DNA of 64,000 nt from Candidatus Xenobium occultum (GTDB lineage: Bacteria > Vulcanimicrobiota > Xenobia > Xenobiales > Xenobiaceae). The stretch is taken from assembly GCA_002423485.1 (NCBI GenBank), contig DIWH01000081.1, forward strand, positions 11,612 through 75,611, given 5' to 3'. Shown piece after piece: positions 19,026 to 27,763 of this stretch (within the stretch, counting starts at the first letter, position 1; the number at the start of each line of letters is the position of its first letter). The notes beneath the pieces were generated by a model, which made no database searches, was not told where the DNA came from, and worked only from the letters and a program-made list of their open reading frames with translations. The position numbers and the translations under genes were made by a program.

Positions 19026-20296
19026 ACCTGGCCGAGGCCTGGGAGCTTCTGCTGAGGGACCTGCCCGAGGGCAGGCCGATCCGCGTGCTGGCGGCCGAGA
19101 TCAAGGCCCGAACGGGTCTGGAACCGCGGCTGATGGCCAAGTTCGACCATCGTCACCAGGTCCCGGAGGCCCTGCGACGGCGCAATCTGTTTGTGCTGCC
19201 GATCCGCAACGGGGAGTATGCCCTTCTTCCGGGCGAGGGCTACCACACCCTGGAGCCTTGTCCTGCCCCTGGCGACTTCCCGTCTCGGGCCGAGTTCACC
19301 TTGCGAACCCTCGAGCAGGGGCTCTCGGAGTCGCAGTACCTGGACCTGGCCTACCACTCGGGTCTTCTGTCGCACTTCACCGGGGTGGCCACGCTGTTCC
19401 CCACCATCCGCGGTCGCAAGAGGGCTCCGCGTTTCAGCTTCCGGGTGGGCGGGGCCGACCTGGATGTCGAGGGAGTCCAGGTTGAGGTGGATGCCGGCTA
19501 CGAGGGGCCCCAGGAGGTGCTGATCCTGGAGGCCAAGATCGGCGACCCGGCGGACTTCCACCTGCGTCAACTCTACTACCCCTTCCGCTTCTGGAGCCAG
19601 TTGACCCCCAAGCGGGTCCGTCCGATCTTCTTCACCTTCTCGCCCCAGGACGGAGTGATCCGGCTTCGGGAGTATCAATTTGAACCACCCGATTGTTACC
19701 GCGCCCCGCGGCTGGTCCGCGCAGCCGCCTATCGGCTCCGCCCCCGTCGGGGACGTCTGCCGGTCTGGCGGTGCGCCCCAAGCCAGGTCCTGAGCGTCCC
19801 TCAGGCCGACGATCTGGAGAAGGTGGCCCGGCTCCCCTTCCTCGTCTTTCAGGGGCTGGACCGACCCGGCCGCGTGGCCGAGGGGTTGGGTTTCAGCCCC
19901 CGACAGGGAGGCTACTACACCGAGGCCTGCCAGATGCTGGGCCTGGTCGGGATCGTCCAGGGGCGTCTGCACCTGACCGCGGCCGGGCGGGACTACGTCG
20001 AGATGGAGGTGGAGCCTCGCCACGAGTTCCTGGCGCGCCTGGTCCTGGAGCTGCCGATCATGCGGCGGGCGCTGGTGGAGATGCTTCTGTCTCCCTCCCG
20101 CCGACTCGAGCACTCAGCTCTGGTGGACCTGGTGGTCCGTGAGTCGGGGCTGGCGGGCAGCACCGCCTCGCGCCGGGCGGGAACCCTGCGCAGGTGGTTC
20201 GCCTGGCTGGGGCGGGCCCTGGGTCTGGTCCGGGTCGGCAAGGGCTCCATCGAACTGGTGGCGCCCGCTCGGGTTGAGGAACTCCGTCTTTTCTGA
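19022..20296 (+). CDS. Putative restriction endonuclease partner of the Dam-like MTase (424 aa, candidate PD-(D/E)xK motif)
   Basis: GTG start overlaps MTase stop (GTGA). Candidate nuclease motif VDAGYEGPQEVLILEAKIG (D...E-x-K). No other recognisable domain. Confidence 0.45.
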   Translation: MNLAEAWELLLRDLPEGRPIRVLAAEIKARTGLEPRLMAKFDHRHQVPEALRRRNLFVLPIRNGEYALLPGEGYHTLEPCPAPGDFPSRAEFTLRTLEQGLSESQYLDLAYHSGLLSHFTGVATLFPTIRGRKRAPRFSFRVGGADLDVEGVQVEVDAGYEGPQEVLILEAKIGDPADFHLRQLYYPFRFWSQLTPKRVRPIFFTFSPQDGVIRLREYQFEPPDCYRAPRLVRAAAYRLRPRRGRLPVWRCAPSQVLSVPQADDLEKVARLPFLVFQGLDRPGRVAEGLGFSPRQGGYYTEACQMLGLVGIVQGRLHLTAAGRDYVEMEVEPRHEFLARLVLELPIMRRALVEMLLSPSRRLEHSALVDLVVRESGLAGSTASRRAGTLRRWFAWLGRALGLVRVGKGSIELVAPARVEELRLF

Positions 20297-20312
20297 AAGG
20301 CCGATTCGAAAA

Positions 20313-20350
20313 GCAGCAAGCCTGACCGCTTGCACGGCCAGGCTTGCTGC
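20313..20350. terminator. Bidirectional terminator hairpin between convergent genes
   Basis: 12-bp perfect stem gcagcaagcctg / caggcttgctgc with 14-nt loop. Confidence 0.55.
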
Positions 20351-20378
20351 GCGGGAAGGTCGGGGGGAACTCTTGGGA

Positions 20379-21830
20379 TCAGGAGCGCTGACGCACCTGG
20401 TCCAAAGCCTCCTGGGCGTCCACGAAGCCCTTGCCCTGGTCATTGGCGCTGAACCCCGGCATGGGGTCCGCGGTGTTTCGCAGGATCTCCTTGAGCGTCC
20501 GCGGGTCCAGGTCGTTGGCCTGTTCCAGGCCGGCGACGATGCCCGCCACCAGGGGGGCGGAAAACGAGGTCCCGGGGGCGGCCACCAGGCCATCTTCGGG
20601 GATGTAGACCGGGGGCAACCCCGACTTGACGGCCTTCTCGACCTCTTCCGGGCTGCGCCGGAGGATGTCCCGCGGCAGGCCCAGGCCCTTGATCAATTGG
20701 GGCTTGTCGGTCAGCAGGGCCTTGAGCTTCTGACCGCTCATGCTGCGCAGGGTCTGAACGGTCTTGCCCGTCTGCTCCATCTCCGAACCGGGCACGCTCC
20801 AAGAGACGATGAACTCGCCCGGAGCCAGGATGTCGGGCTTGGTCAGCCCGTCGTCGGTGGGTCCACGGGAGGAGAAGTCGCTGACCTTCTGGAGATCCAG
20901 GGCGGCGCCTACGGTCAGGGCCGAGGCGGAGTCCGCGGGAGAACCCAGGGTCCTGGCATCCGGGCCGCTGTTGCCCCCCGCCGCCACGACCGTGATCCCG
21001 AGTTTGGTGGCCAGTTCGACCGCCCGGTTGATGGGGTCTTCCCGGTCAGGTCGACCATCCGGACCGGCACCCAGGGACATGTTGATGACCTCGATGCCAT
21101 ACTTCTCCTTGTTCTGGATCGCCCACTGCAGGCCCCGGATGATGTCGGAGGGCCGGCCCTGGCCGTTCTCGTCCATGACCCGGACGGCCACGATCTTGGC
21201 ATCCGGGGCGGTGGCCAGCACGTCTCCCGCCACGTGGGTGCCGTGTCCCACCGGGTCGATGGGCCGCGGAGAACCGTCGACCACGTCCTGCCAGGCCAGC
21301 AGGTTGAACTGCGGGTGGTCGAAGCCCGAGTCCAGGACGGCCACCACCTGGCCCTTGCCGGTGATCCCCTGCTGGTGCAGGCTGTCCGCCTGGGTCAGGG
21401 CCACCGGGTCCACCAGGGGCATGGAATAGTCGCCAGAGTCCAGGTTCATCTGCACCTTGGGCAGGCCCGGCCACAGGTCACGCGGGCGGTTGTCGAAGAC
21501 CAGATAGCCTTCCTTCTCGAGCTTCTCGGCGGTCTTCTGGTCCACCCTGGCGGTGACGCCCACCGTGTCCAACTGCTCCTGGACTTCCACGCCCTTCTCG
21601 GCAAGCTGCTGATTCATCTTGCGAGGATCCACGCTCTGGGTCAGGCTTCCGTCGCCCGGTGCACGCATGATGATGACGTCCTGAGGGCCATCCAGGCTGG
21701 CTGGAACCGCCTTGAAGGGGCTCTCGGCCTCGCCACGCATCGCCGCGTTGATCCGGCTGAGCTGGGTGGGTGTGAAGTACTGGCTGCTGGAGCCGCCGAT
21801 CGGTGTGCTCATTGGGTCGCCTCCCGACAT
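20379..21830 (-). CDS. Subtilisin-like serine peptidase (S8 family)
   Basis: Asp/His/Ser triad context: VAVLDSGFD, HGTHVAG, GTSFSAPLVAG. No obvious N-terminal signal peptide. An alternative ATG at 21812 has a better RBS. Confidence 0.85.
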   Translation of the reverse strand: MSGGDPMSTPIGGSSSQYFTPTQLSRINAAMRGEAESPFKAVPASLDGPQDVIIMRAPGDGSLTQSVDPRKMNQQLAEKGVEVQEQLDTVGVTARVDQKTAEKLEKEGYLVFDNRPRDLWPGLPKVQMNLDSGDYSMPLVDPVALTQADSLHQQGITGKGQVVAVLDSGFDHPQFNLLAWQDVVDGSPRPIDPVGHGTHVAGDVLATAPDAKIVAVRVMDENGQGRPSDIIRGLQWAIQNKEKYGIEVINMSLGAGPDGRPDREDPINRAVELATKLGITVVAAGGNSGPDARTLGSPADSASALTVGAALDLQKVSDFSSRGPTDDGLTKPDILAPGEFIVSWSVPGSEMEQTGKTVQTLRSMSGQKLKALLTDKPQLIKGLGLPRDILRRSPEEVEKAVKSGLPPVYIPEDGLVAAPGTSFSAPLVAGIVAGLEQANDLDPRTLKEILRNTADPMPGFSANDQGKGFVDAQEALDQVRQRS

Positions 21831-21951
21831 GGGTCCGGAACATCTTTGCTCCAGTCTCCATGATGATTCCCCGAACGCGGGGCTGTGTTGCAGAAATGTG
21901 AATGTTGTGTGGATGCAGGCCGAGTGATGGGGGAAACTTCCGGCAATGCCC

Positions 21952-23651
21952 TCAAGACGGGGACTCGCTCTGGGCGCTGCGCAGCAAGGCGCGCATTTCC
22001 AGGGCGCTGGCGCAGGCCAGCAGCAGGCGCCGGAGCTTGGGGTCCAGGAAGGTGCGGGCGAGGTCGGTCAGGATCTCGATCTGTTCGACCTCCTTGTCCT
22101 GGGGCGTGAGGACCACCACGACCGCGCGAACCTTTTCGGGGACTCCGGTTGACCTGAAGCCCTCCGGGCACAGGGCCAGGCCGACCAGCGGGGCCGGAAT
22201 CCCCGGAAGACGGCCGTGGGCCAGGCGGACGCCCGGAGCCAGATCGTCTCCGGTCAACCTTTCGCGCCGGCGGATCGCCTCCAGCAGGATTTCTGGAGGG
22301 GAACCAATGGCGGTGCACAGGCCGCCGACGACGGTTTCAACGGCCTGGACCGGGTCATTGTCGGAGTCCAGCACGAAGAAGCCGCGGTCGCGGAGGAAGC
22401 GGACGAAGCGGGCGGGCTTGCGGCGGGCCAGCATCCGCTCCATCATGGGCCCGCTCAGCATGGAGGTCACCAGGGCCATGACCACCAGGGCCACCAGCAT
22501 CCGCTCCATCATGGGCCCGCTCAGCATGGAGGTCACCAGGGCCATGACCACCAGGGCCACCAGCATCCGGTCATCGATCAGGCCAGCCTCGCGGGCCAGC
22601 AGGCCCAGGATGATCTCCATGGCTCCGCGGGCGTTCATCCCGAAGCCCAGGGCCCAGGCATCCCGGCCAGGATGGCGCCGCCCCCGCACCCCAGGATCTT
22701 GCCGACGCAGGCGATGGCCAGCACCACCAGGCACAGGGTCGGGTCGAAGGATTCGACGAAGTTCACCCGCAGGCCGATGGAGGCGAAGAAGAGCGGAGCA
22801 AGGAGCGCTGCGACGAAGTGGTGCAGGATCAGCCGGGTCCGCTCGGTGATGTGCGCCGAATCCCCCAGGGCCACCCCGACCAGGAAGGCTCCGAAGATGG
22901 CGTGGACCCCGATCCACTCGGCGAAGGCCCCGCACAGGAGGGCCAGGGAGACGCACAAGGCCAGAACGCCGGCGGGCCAGGCGGTGTGGGCCTGCACCCG
23001 GACGATGATCTGGTTGAGCGCAACCCGACCCACCGTCAGCATTCCCGCCGCGAAGGCCAGCGTGGCCATCACGGTGGTCCGGATGTCGAAGCTGCCCTCC
23101 TCCAGATGCCGCCCCGGGATCAGGCCCAGGACCAGGGCGAAGAGGAGCCAGCCGATGAAGTCGTTGACGATGGCCGCCGCCAGGATGATCATCCCCAGGT
23201 CGGTGCGGAAGAGGTGCAGGTCCATCAGGATCTTGGCGATCACCGGCAGGGCAGAGATGGACAAGGCGGTGGCCAGGAAGAGGGCATACAGGAAAGTGCC
23301 GGATTCAGGGGGCTTGCCCAGCAGGTCGGGGGCGGCGTAGACCACGGCGAAGCCCAGCGCGAAGGGGAAGACCATCCCGGCGGCGCTGACGACCGTGGCC
23401 ATCCGGCCCTGGCGCTTGATCCGGGACAGGTCGACCTCCAGGCCCGCCACCAGCAGGAAGAGGACCACCGCCACCTGGGTCATCGCCTGCAGGCCGAAGG
23501 CCGCCGGCCCGGTCTCCGGGAAGAGGCGGGCGGTGGCCTCGGGCCACAGGGTGCCCAGGATGGTGGGGCCCAGGAGGACCCCGGCCAGGATCTCCCCCAG
23601 GACGGCGGGCTGACGAAGGGCTGAGGCCAACTCGCCCAGGGCCCGGGCCAC
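21952..23651 (-). pseudogene. Cation:proton antiporter (CPA2/KefB-NhaP type) with C-terminal PTS-EIIA-like domain; frameshifted
   Basis: TM domain in one frame (22635..23651). GFGMNARGAMEII helix and EIIA-like domain continue in another frame (21952..22700). Frame switch near 22650-22670. TM1 is encoded upstream of the only start codon. Confidence 0.6.
22432..22563. repeat. Perfect 66-bp direct tandem duplication (2 copies) inside the antiporter gene
   Basis: catccgctccatcatgggcccgctcagcatggaggtcaccagggccatgaccaccagggccaccag occurs twice consecutively. It encodes duplicated MLVALVVMALVTSMLSGPMMER. Confidence 0.9.
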
Positions 23652-24550
23652 CCCGACCAGGAGCCCCAGCGCCAGGAACAGCGAGACCAGGTCTGAGTGG
23701 CTCGTGGGGTCCGCCGCGGCCGCCAGGCCAGAAGGGCACAGGGCAGGTTCAGCAGCGTCAGGTCGGTGCCGTGGGGGAAGAGGCGCTCGAGAACCGAGGC
23801 CTGTTCCTGTTGGGGGGTCGGGACGACCAGCAGGTCGGCCGAATTCTCCCGGGAGTAGCGGATCGCCTCCAGCCCTTCTCTTCCCGCCAGGCTCTCCACC
23901 CGGACGGGCAACTGGTCGGCCTGGCAGTCTTCCAGCATATTGGCCAGTCGGTGCCGGGCAGCCAGGGCCGTCACCCGGCGCTCATCCTCGGTCTGGTCCA
24001 GGTTGGCGCCTTCCTCCAATGCCAGGTTGAGGGCGGGCAGCTCCAGCTCCTGGACCACGTGCAGGGCTTCCACGTTCTCGGCGCGGGCCAGTTCCAGGAC
24101 GTCTCGCAGCATCTCCGGGGAGGGTGTGGAGGGGTCCATCACGGCCACGATGCGTCGGAAGGGCGAGGGATTCGGGTCGGGAGAGGGCAAGAGCAGGGTC
24201 GGGCAGGGGGCGGTGCGGGCGATCCGGCGGGCCACCGAGCTGAAGAAGGCGCCCAGGGGACCCTCCTGCTCGAGGGCTCCCAGGACCACCAGGTCGCTAC
24301 TTCGGGCCTCTTCGGCCACCACGTCCTCGATGCGCCCTGTCCGGAAGGTCACGTCCCCGTGTGGCTCGGCAAGACTCCGGTCCAATAAAGCCTGCAACCG
24401 GCTCTGGGTGGCAGGGGTCTTGGCACCGACGTGCAGGAAGCGCATCCGCAGACCCAGGGAACGGCTCAGTCTGGAGGCCTCTCGGGCCACCGACTCGGCC
24501 GTGGGCGAGAGGGCGATCAGGACCAGCATCTCGCCGGGCGGTCGGCTCAC
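23480..24550 (-). CDS. Universal stress protein, tandem UspA domains; 3' end uncertain (runs into the antiporter N-terminus in another frame)
   Basis: Two UspA domains ending about aa 278 (VLERLFPHGTDLTLLNLPCALLAW). No stop for another roughly 80 codons, overlapping CPA TM1 coding in a different frame. Confidence 0.6.
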   Translation of the reverse strand: MSRPPGEMLVLIALSPTAESVAREASRLSRSLGLRMRFLHVGAKTPATQSRLQALLDRSLAEPHGDVTFRTGRIEDVVAEEARSSDLVVLGALEQEGPLGAFFSSVARRIARTAPCPTLLLPSPDPNPSPFRRIVAVMDPSTPSPEMLRDVLELARAENVEALHVVQELELPALNLALEEGANLDQTEDERRVTALAARHRLANMLEDCQADQLPVRVESLAGREGLEAIRYSRENSADLLVVPTPQQEQASVLERLFPHGTDLTLLNLPCALLAWRPRRTPRATQTWSRCSWRWGSWSGWPGPWASWPQPFVSPPSWGRSWPGSSWAPPSWAPCGPRPPPASSRRPGRRPSACRR

Positions 24551-24674
24551 CGCACCGGGTCTTTTCGGGATTCCAAGACGGGTATGAGGTTCCCCCTGGC
24601 GGGTCCAGGCACAGCCCTGAATACACGGTCTGCGTCAGGCATTTCCTGGCGACGGCAGGCGATTCCTGCGGGGT

Positions 24675-25850
24675 TCAGGAGGTGGTGAGGAGCTTCTCGA
24701 CCTCGACCAGCTCTGGAGTGCCCCGGATTCCCGCCAGGATGGCCCCGAATTCCTTGCGGAACAGGACCCGCCCCCGTCCGTCTGCCAGGAGGATCCCGTC
24801 CCGGGCCTGGATTCGGATTCCCGCACGCCCCAGAGCGTCGAGCAGGCCGGGAAGATCCCGGTACCAGGCGTGACAGATGGCCCCATAGTCCTGGTTGATT
24901 TCCCGGAAGGCCCGCCGCAGGTTCGGGTGGGCGAGCAGGTTGGTGAAGAGTTGGGGGTCCTGCCGTCTGACCCAGGCCATCCAGGCCAGGATGTAGCCTC
25001 GGAACTCGGGCCAGGCCACCACCGTGGCGTCGGCATCGGCCAGGCGGGTCACCCAATCGCAGCCGCTTCCGGAGGGGCGATGGACCAGGTCCCGCACCAG
25101 GTCCAGTCCGGTGCGGGTTCCCGCGTGGTAGGCCGCGAACTCGTCCAGCAACCCGAAGATTCCGAATTTCTGGGTCGTCATGTTGGGATCCGGAGAGTCG
25201 ATGTAGGTCGCAAAGCGTTGAGCGTTCTTCAGGAAGGAGGGAAACGAGTCCGCCGCCTGGCGGGAGGAGGGGGTGGGCCGACCGCGGAGGACGAGGGTGT
25301 GACCTGGACGGAGGATGAGTCCGATGCTGCCAGGGTGGGCCAAAGCCTCGGGGTCGTTCCGGGTGGCCAGGACCCGGGTCAGGAAGTGGCAGGATTCGTG
25401 GACCATCACCGAGGCCGCGCTGACCAGTCGGCTCTTGGGCTGGTTGCGCACGAAGGCCCCGGCGTCCCAGGGCCCGAATCGGACCTCCCCGATGGACTGC
25501 GGAATGACGCCGGCATCGGCCAGCGCCTGGGCCATGACCCAGACACCCAAGGGGCTGGCCCTCTGGAGGTGCGTCAGGACTTCCTCCAGCGAGAGGTTGG
25601 CTTCCCGGGCCGCCACCGGGACCGCCAGTGACAGGCCGAAGGCTCCCAATACCCCCAGAAGGCGGCGGCGGGTCAGCAAGAGGGACGAATCCGGTCGGGC
25701 CAAGGCCAGCACCTCCTCTGCTCTCGATTCACCGGGCAGGAGGCGGCTCCTTTGCCCCTCGGGGGGCTTCGAGGGATCCCGCCGTCGAAAGCGAAGCGAT
25801 CCTGCCAGTGACCCGAATCGAGACCAGGGACCAGGGCGACCTGACGCCAC
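24675..25850 (-). CDS. Hypothetical Tat-secreted protein with HExxH motif
   Basis: Twin-arginine-like TRRRLLGVLGAFGLSLAVPVAA. VMVHESCHFLT HExxH motif. No confident family assignment. Confidence 0.5.
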   Translation of the reverse strand: MASGRPGPWSRFGSLAGSLRFRRRDPSKPPEGQRSRLLPGESRAEEVLALARPDSSLLLTRRRLLGVLGAFGLSLAVPVAAREANLSLEEVLTHLQRASPLGVWVMAQALADAGVIPQSIGEVRFGPWDAGAFVRNQPKSRLVSAASVMVHESCHFLTRVLATRNDPEALAHPGSIGLILRPGHTLVLRGRPTPSSRQAADSFPSFLKNAQRFATYIDSPDPNMTTQKFGIFGLLDEFAAYHAGTRTGLDLVRDLVHRPSGSGCDWVTRLADADATVVAWPEFRGYILAWMAWVRRQDPQLFTNLLAHPNLRRAFREINQDYGAICHAWYRDLPGLLDALGRAGIRIQARDGILLADGRGRVLFRKEFGAILAGIRGTPELVEVEKLLTTS

Positions 25851-25983
25851 AGCCTGGTCCGCCCCGCGCCTTGGCGGTGGCGGAAGCCATCGTCGGTCAA
25901 CTCTACCTCGTCTCGGTGGTGGCCGTTGCCGTCAGCCGCCTGGGCGAGGAGTCTCCTCGGACCTGAACCGGCGGGGCGAGGGC

Positions 25984-27054
25984 TCAGAACAAGAGCAGGT
26001 GGTTGGTGGCCAGGCCCAGCAGCAGGAGCAGGACTCCCAACCCCAGGCAGACCAGGAAGAGTCCCGCCACCATCGTCTCGGTGTCGGCTCGGGCTCGCCG
26101 ACGCAGGTCGCCTGCCGTCTGGGCCAACAGGTCCGGAAGCCGGCCCTCGTCCTCGCCCTGCCCGATCTGCTCGAGGATTTCTTCCGGGAAGAAGTCGACC
26201 GAGCCCAGGACATCCAGGACCGAGGCGCCCCAGCCGAGTTGGCTGGCGGACTGGAGCAGGTGTGACTCGTAGTGCAGGCTTCCCGTGCATCGGGCGGCCA
26301 GTTGGGCCGCCTGGGGCAGGGAGAGGCCGGAGGCCAGAAGCGAACTCAGCACCTCCAGGAAGCGGACGCCCACCTGCAGGCGCAGCGCCCGCCCGAACGT
26401 GCTGGTCCGGGCCAGCAGCCCCTCCAGCAGCGAACGCAGGGGGCGCCAGGAATACAGGACCCGCAGCGCAAGTCCCAGCACCACGAGCAGGCCCAACGCA
26501 GCCGCCAATGTTCCCAGGACGGCGATCAGCCACTTCTGAAGACCCTGGCGAAAAATCAGCGGAACCAGGGCCAGCATGACCACTCCACCCGACCAGATCA
26601 AGGGCCAGCGGAGTTGGTGCTGCAGGGCCTGGCGAAGGGCCAAGGTCTCCTTCAATGAGTCCGCCAGGACTCGCAACTGGCTGTCCAGGGTGCCTGATTC
26701 CTCGCCGGCCCGGACCATGCTGGTTTCATACGCTCCGAAGGTTCCCGGGAATCGCGTCATCGATTCGGACAGGCTCTGCCCGGAGACGATTCCTTGCGCC
26801 AGCCCCGGCGCCTGTCGAGGAAGGGTCTCCCGCCCGGCCTCCTCGACGGCGGTGGCGATCGATTCACCTGTCTCCAGACGGGTCCGCAGGGCCTCCAGGA
26901 AGGCGATTCGGGCGGGGAGAGGAGACTCGAAGAGGAAGTCCCGAAGGCGCTCGGCCCAGGAGGCTGAGGTCGCCGGGCAGGCTCCGGTCGGCGTGGCCGT
27001 GGGGTCGGGGACTTCCACGTCGGCCGCCCTCCAGCGCTCCTCTTCTTCGGCCAT
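25984..27054 (-). CDS. Type II secretion / type IV pilus platform protein, GspF/PilC family (short, 356 aa)
   Basis: Two T2SSF-like cytoplasmic domains (SGQSLSESMTRFPGTF...VRAGEESGTL) separated by TM helices, plus a C-terminal TM. Confidence 0.7.
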   Translation of the reverse strand: MAEEEERWRAADVEVPDPTATPTGACPATSASWAERLRDFLFESPLPARIAFLEALRTRLETGESIATAVEEAGRETLPRQAPGLAQGIVSGQSLSESMTRFPGTFGAYETSMVRAGEESGTLDSQLRVLADSLKETLALRQALQHQLRWPLIWSGGVVMLALVPLIFRQGLQKWLIAVLGTLAAALGLLVVLGLALRVLYSWRPLRSLLEGLLARTSTFGRALRLQVGVRFLEVLSSLLASGLSLPQAAQLAARCTGSLHYESHLLQSASQLGWGASVLDVLGSVDFFPEEILEQIGQGEDEGRLPDLLAQTAGDLRRRARADTETMVAGLFLVCLGLGVLLLLLGLATNHLLLF

Positions 27055-27069
27055 GATCTCCAGGGGAAC

Positions 27070-27354
27070 TCAGCGCAGGTACACCTCGCCGCCCAGGATG
27101 ATCAGGTCACGAGGTCCCAGGGAGGCCCCCTGAGGGATGGACTGGCCGTTGACCAGGGTGGTGCTGTTCACCGTCAGGCTCTGCAGGACCGGGACCCGGC
27201 CGATCCAGTGCAGGCTGGCATGCAGGCGCGAGACGGCCGTGCTCTCCAGGACGATGTCGCAGTGGGCGGCGCGACCGATCAGGGTGCGCTTCCCGGTCAC
27301 CTGATAGCGGGCCGCCGGCCGGCCATCTCCCAGCAGTTCCAGAATTCCCATCAC
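27070..27354 (-). CDS. FHA domain protein (94 aa)
   Basis: FHA signature RTLIGRAAHCDIVLESTAVSRLHASL...NGQSI. Confidence 0.75.
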   Translation of the reverse strand: MMGILELLGDGRPAARYQVTGKRTLIGRAAHCDIVLESTAVSRLHASLHWIGRVPVLQSLTVNSTTLVNGQSIPQGASLGPRDLIILGGEVYLR

Positions 27355-27698
27355 ATTGAAGTCTGCCGGCCGGCCTGTTGGTCGGGTTCAAGCCGACGGT
27401 ATTCGGCCAACAGGCTTCCCCTCTGGATTCGGGCACCCGGGGACAGGCGGGTCCGACCGCTGGCCGGCACGCCGTCCACCCGCACCGGGTTGGTGAAGGA
27501 ACGGTTGGAGATTTCGAAGGCTCCAGCCTCTTCGCACCAGTCCAGGACGGCGTGCACGCGCGAAACCGAGGGGTCCTCGAACTCCAGGGTGTTCTCCAGG
27601 CCTGAGCCCGGGCGCCCCAGAACCACCTGAGGACCTTGCAGGGGATGGACCTGCCCGGTATCCCGCCCCTCCAGGATGACCAGTTGGTGTGTGCTCAT
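27351..27698 (-). CDS. FHA domain protein (115 aa)
   Basis: FHA signature VVLGRPGSG...DPSVSRVHAVL...NPVRVDG. ATGA overlap with downstream FHA gene. Confidence 0.75.
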   Translation of the reverse strand: MSTHQLVILEGRDTGQVHPLQGPQVVLGRPGSGLENTLEFEDPSVSRVHAVLDWCEEAGAFEISNRSFTNPVRVDGVPASGRTRLSPGARIQRGSLLAEYRRLEPDQQAGRQTSM

Positions 27699-27763
27699 CT
27701 GTCGGGCAGGTTCGGCGCGTCGATTCGGGCCCCTTCAGCGCGGTGGCCGGACCGGTTCAGGGG

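Noticed and set aside
18104-20296. 730-aa ORF spanning the MTase and nuclease region
   Set aside because: Its first roughly 300 codons are out of frame with the Dam-like MTase and translate to low-complexity sequence. The genuine downstream gene starts at GTG 19022 in this frame.
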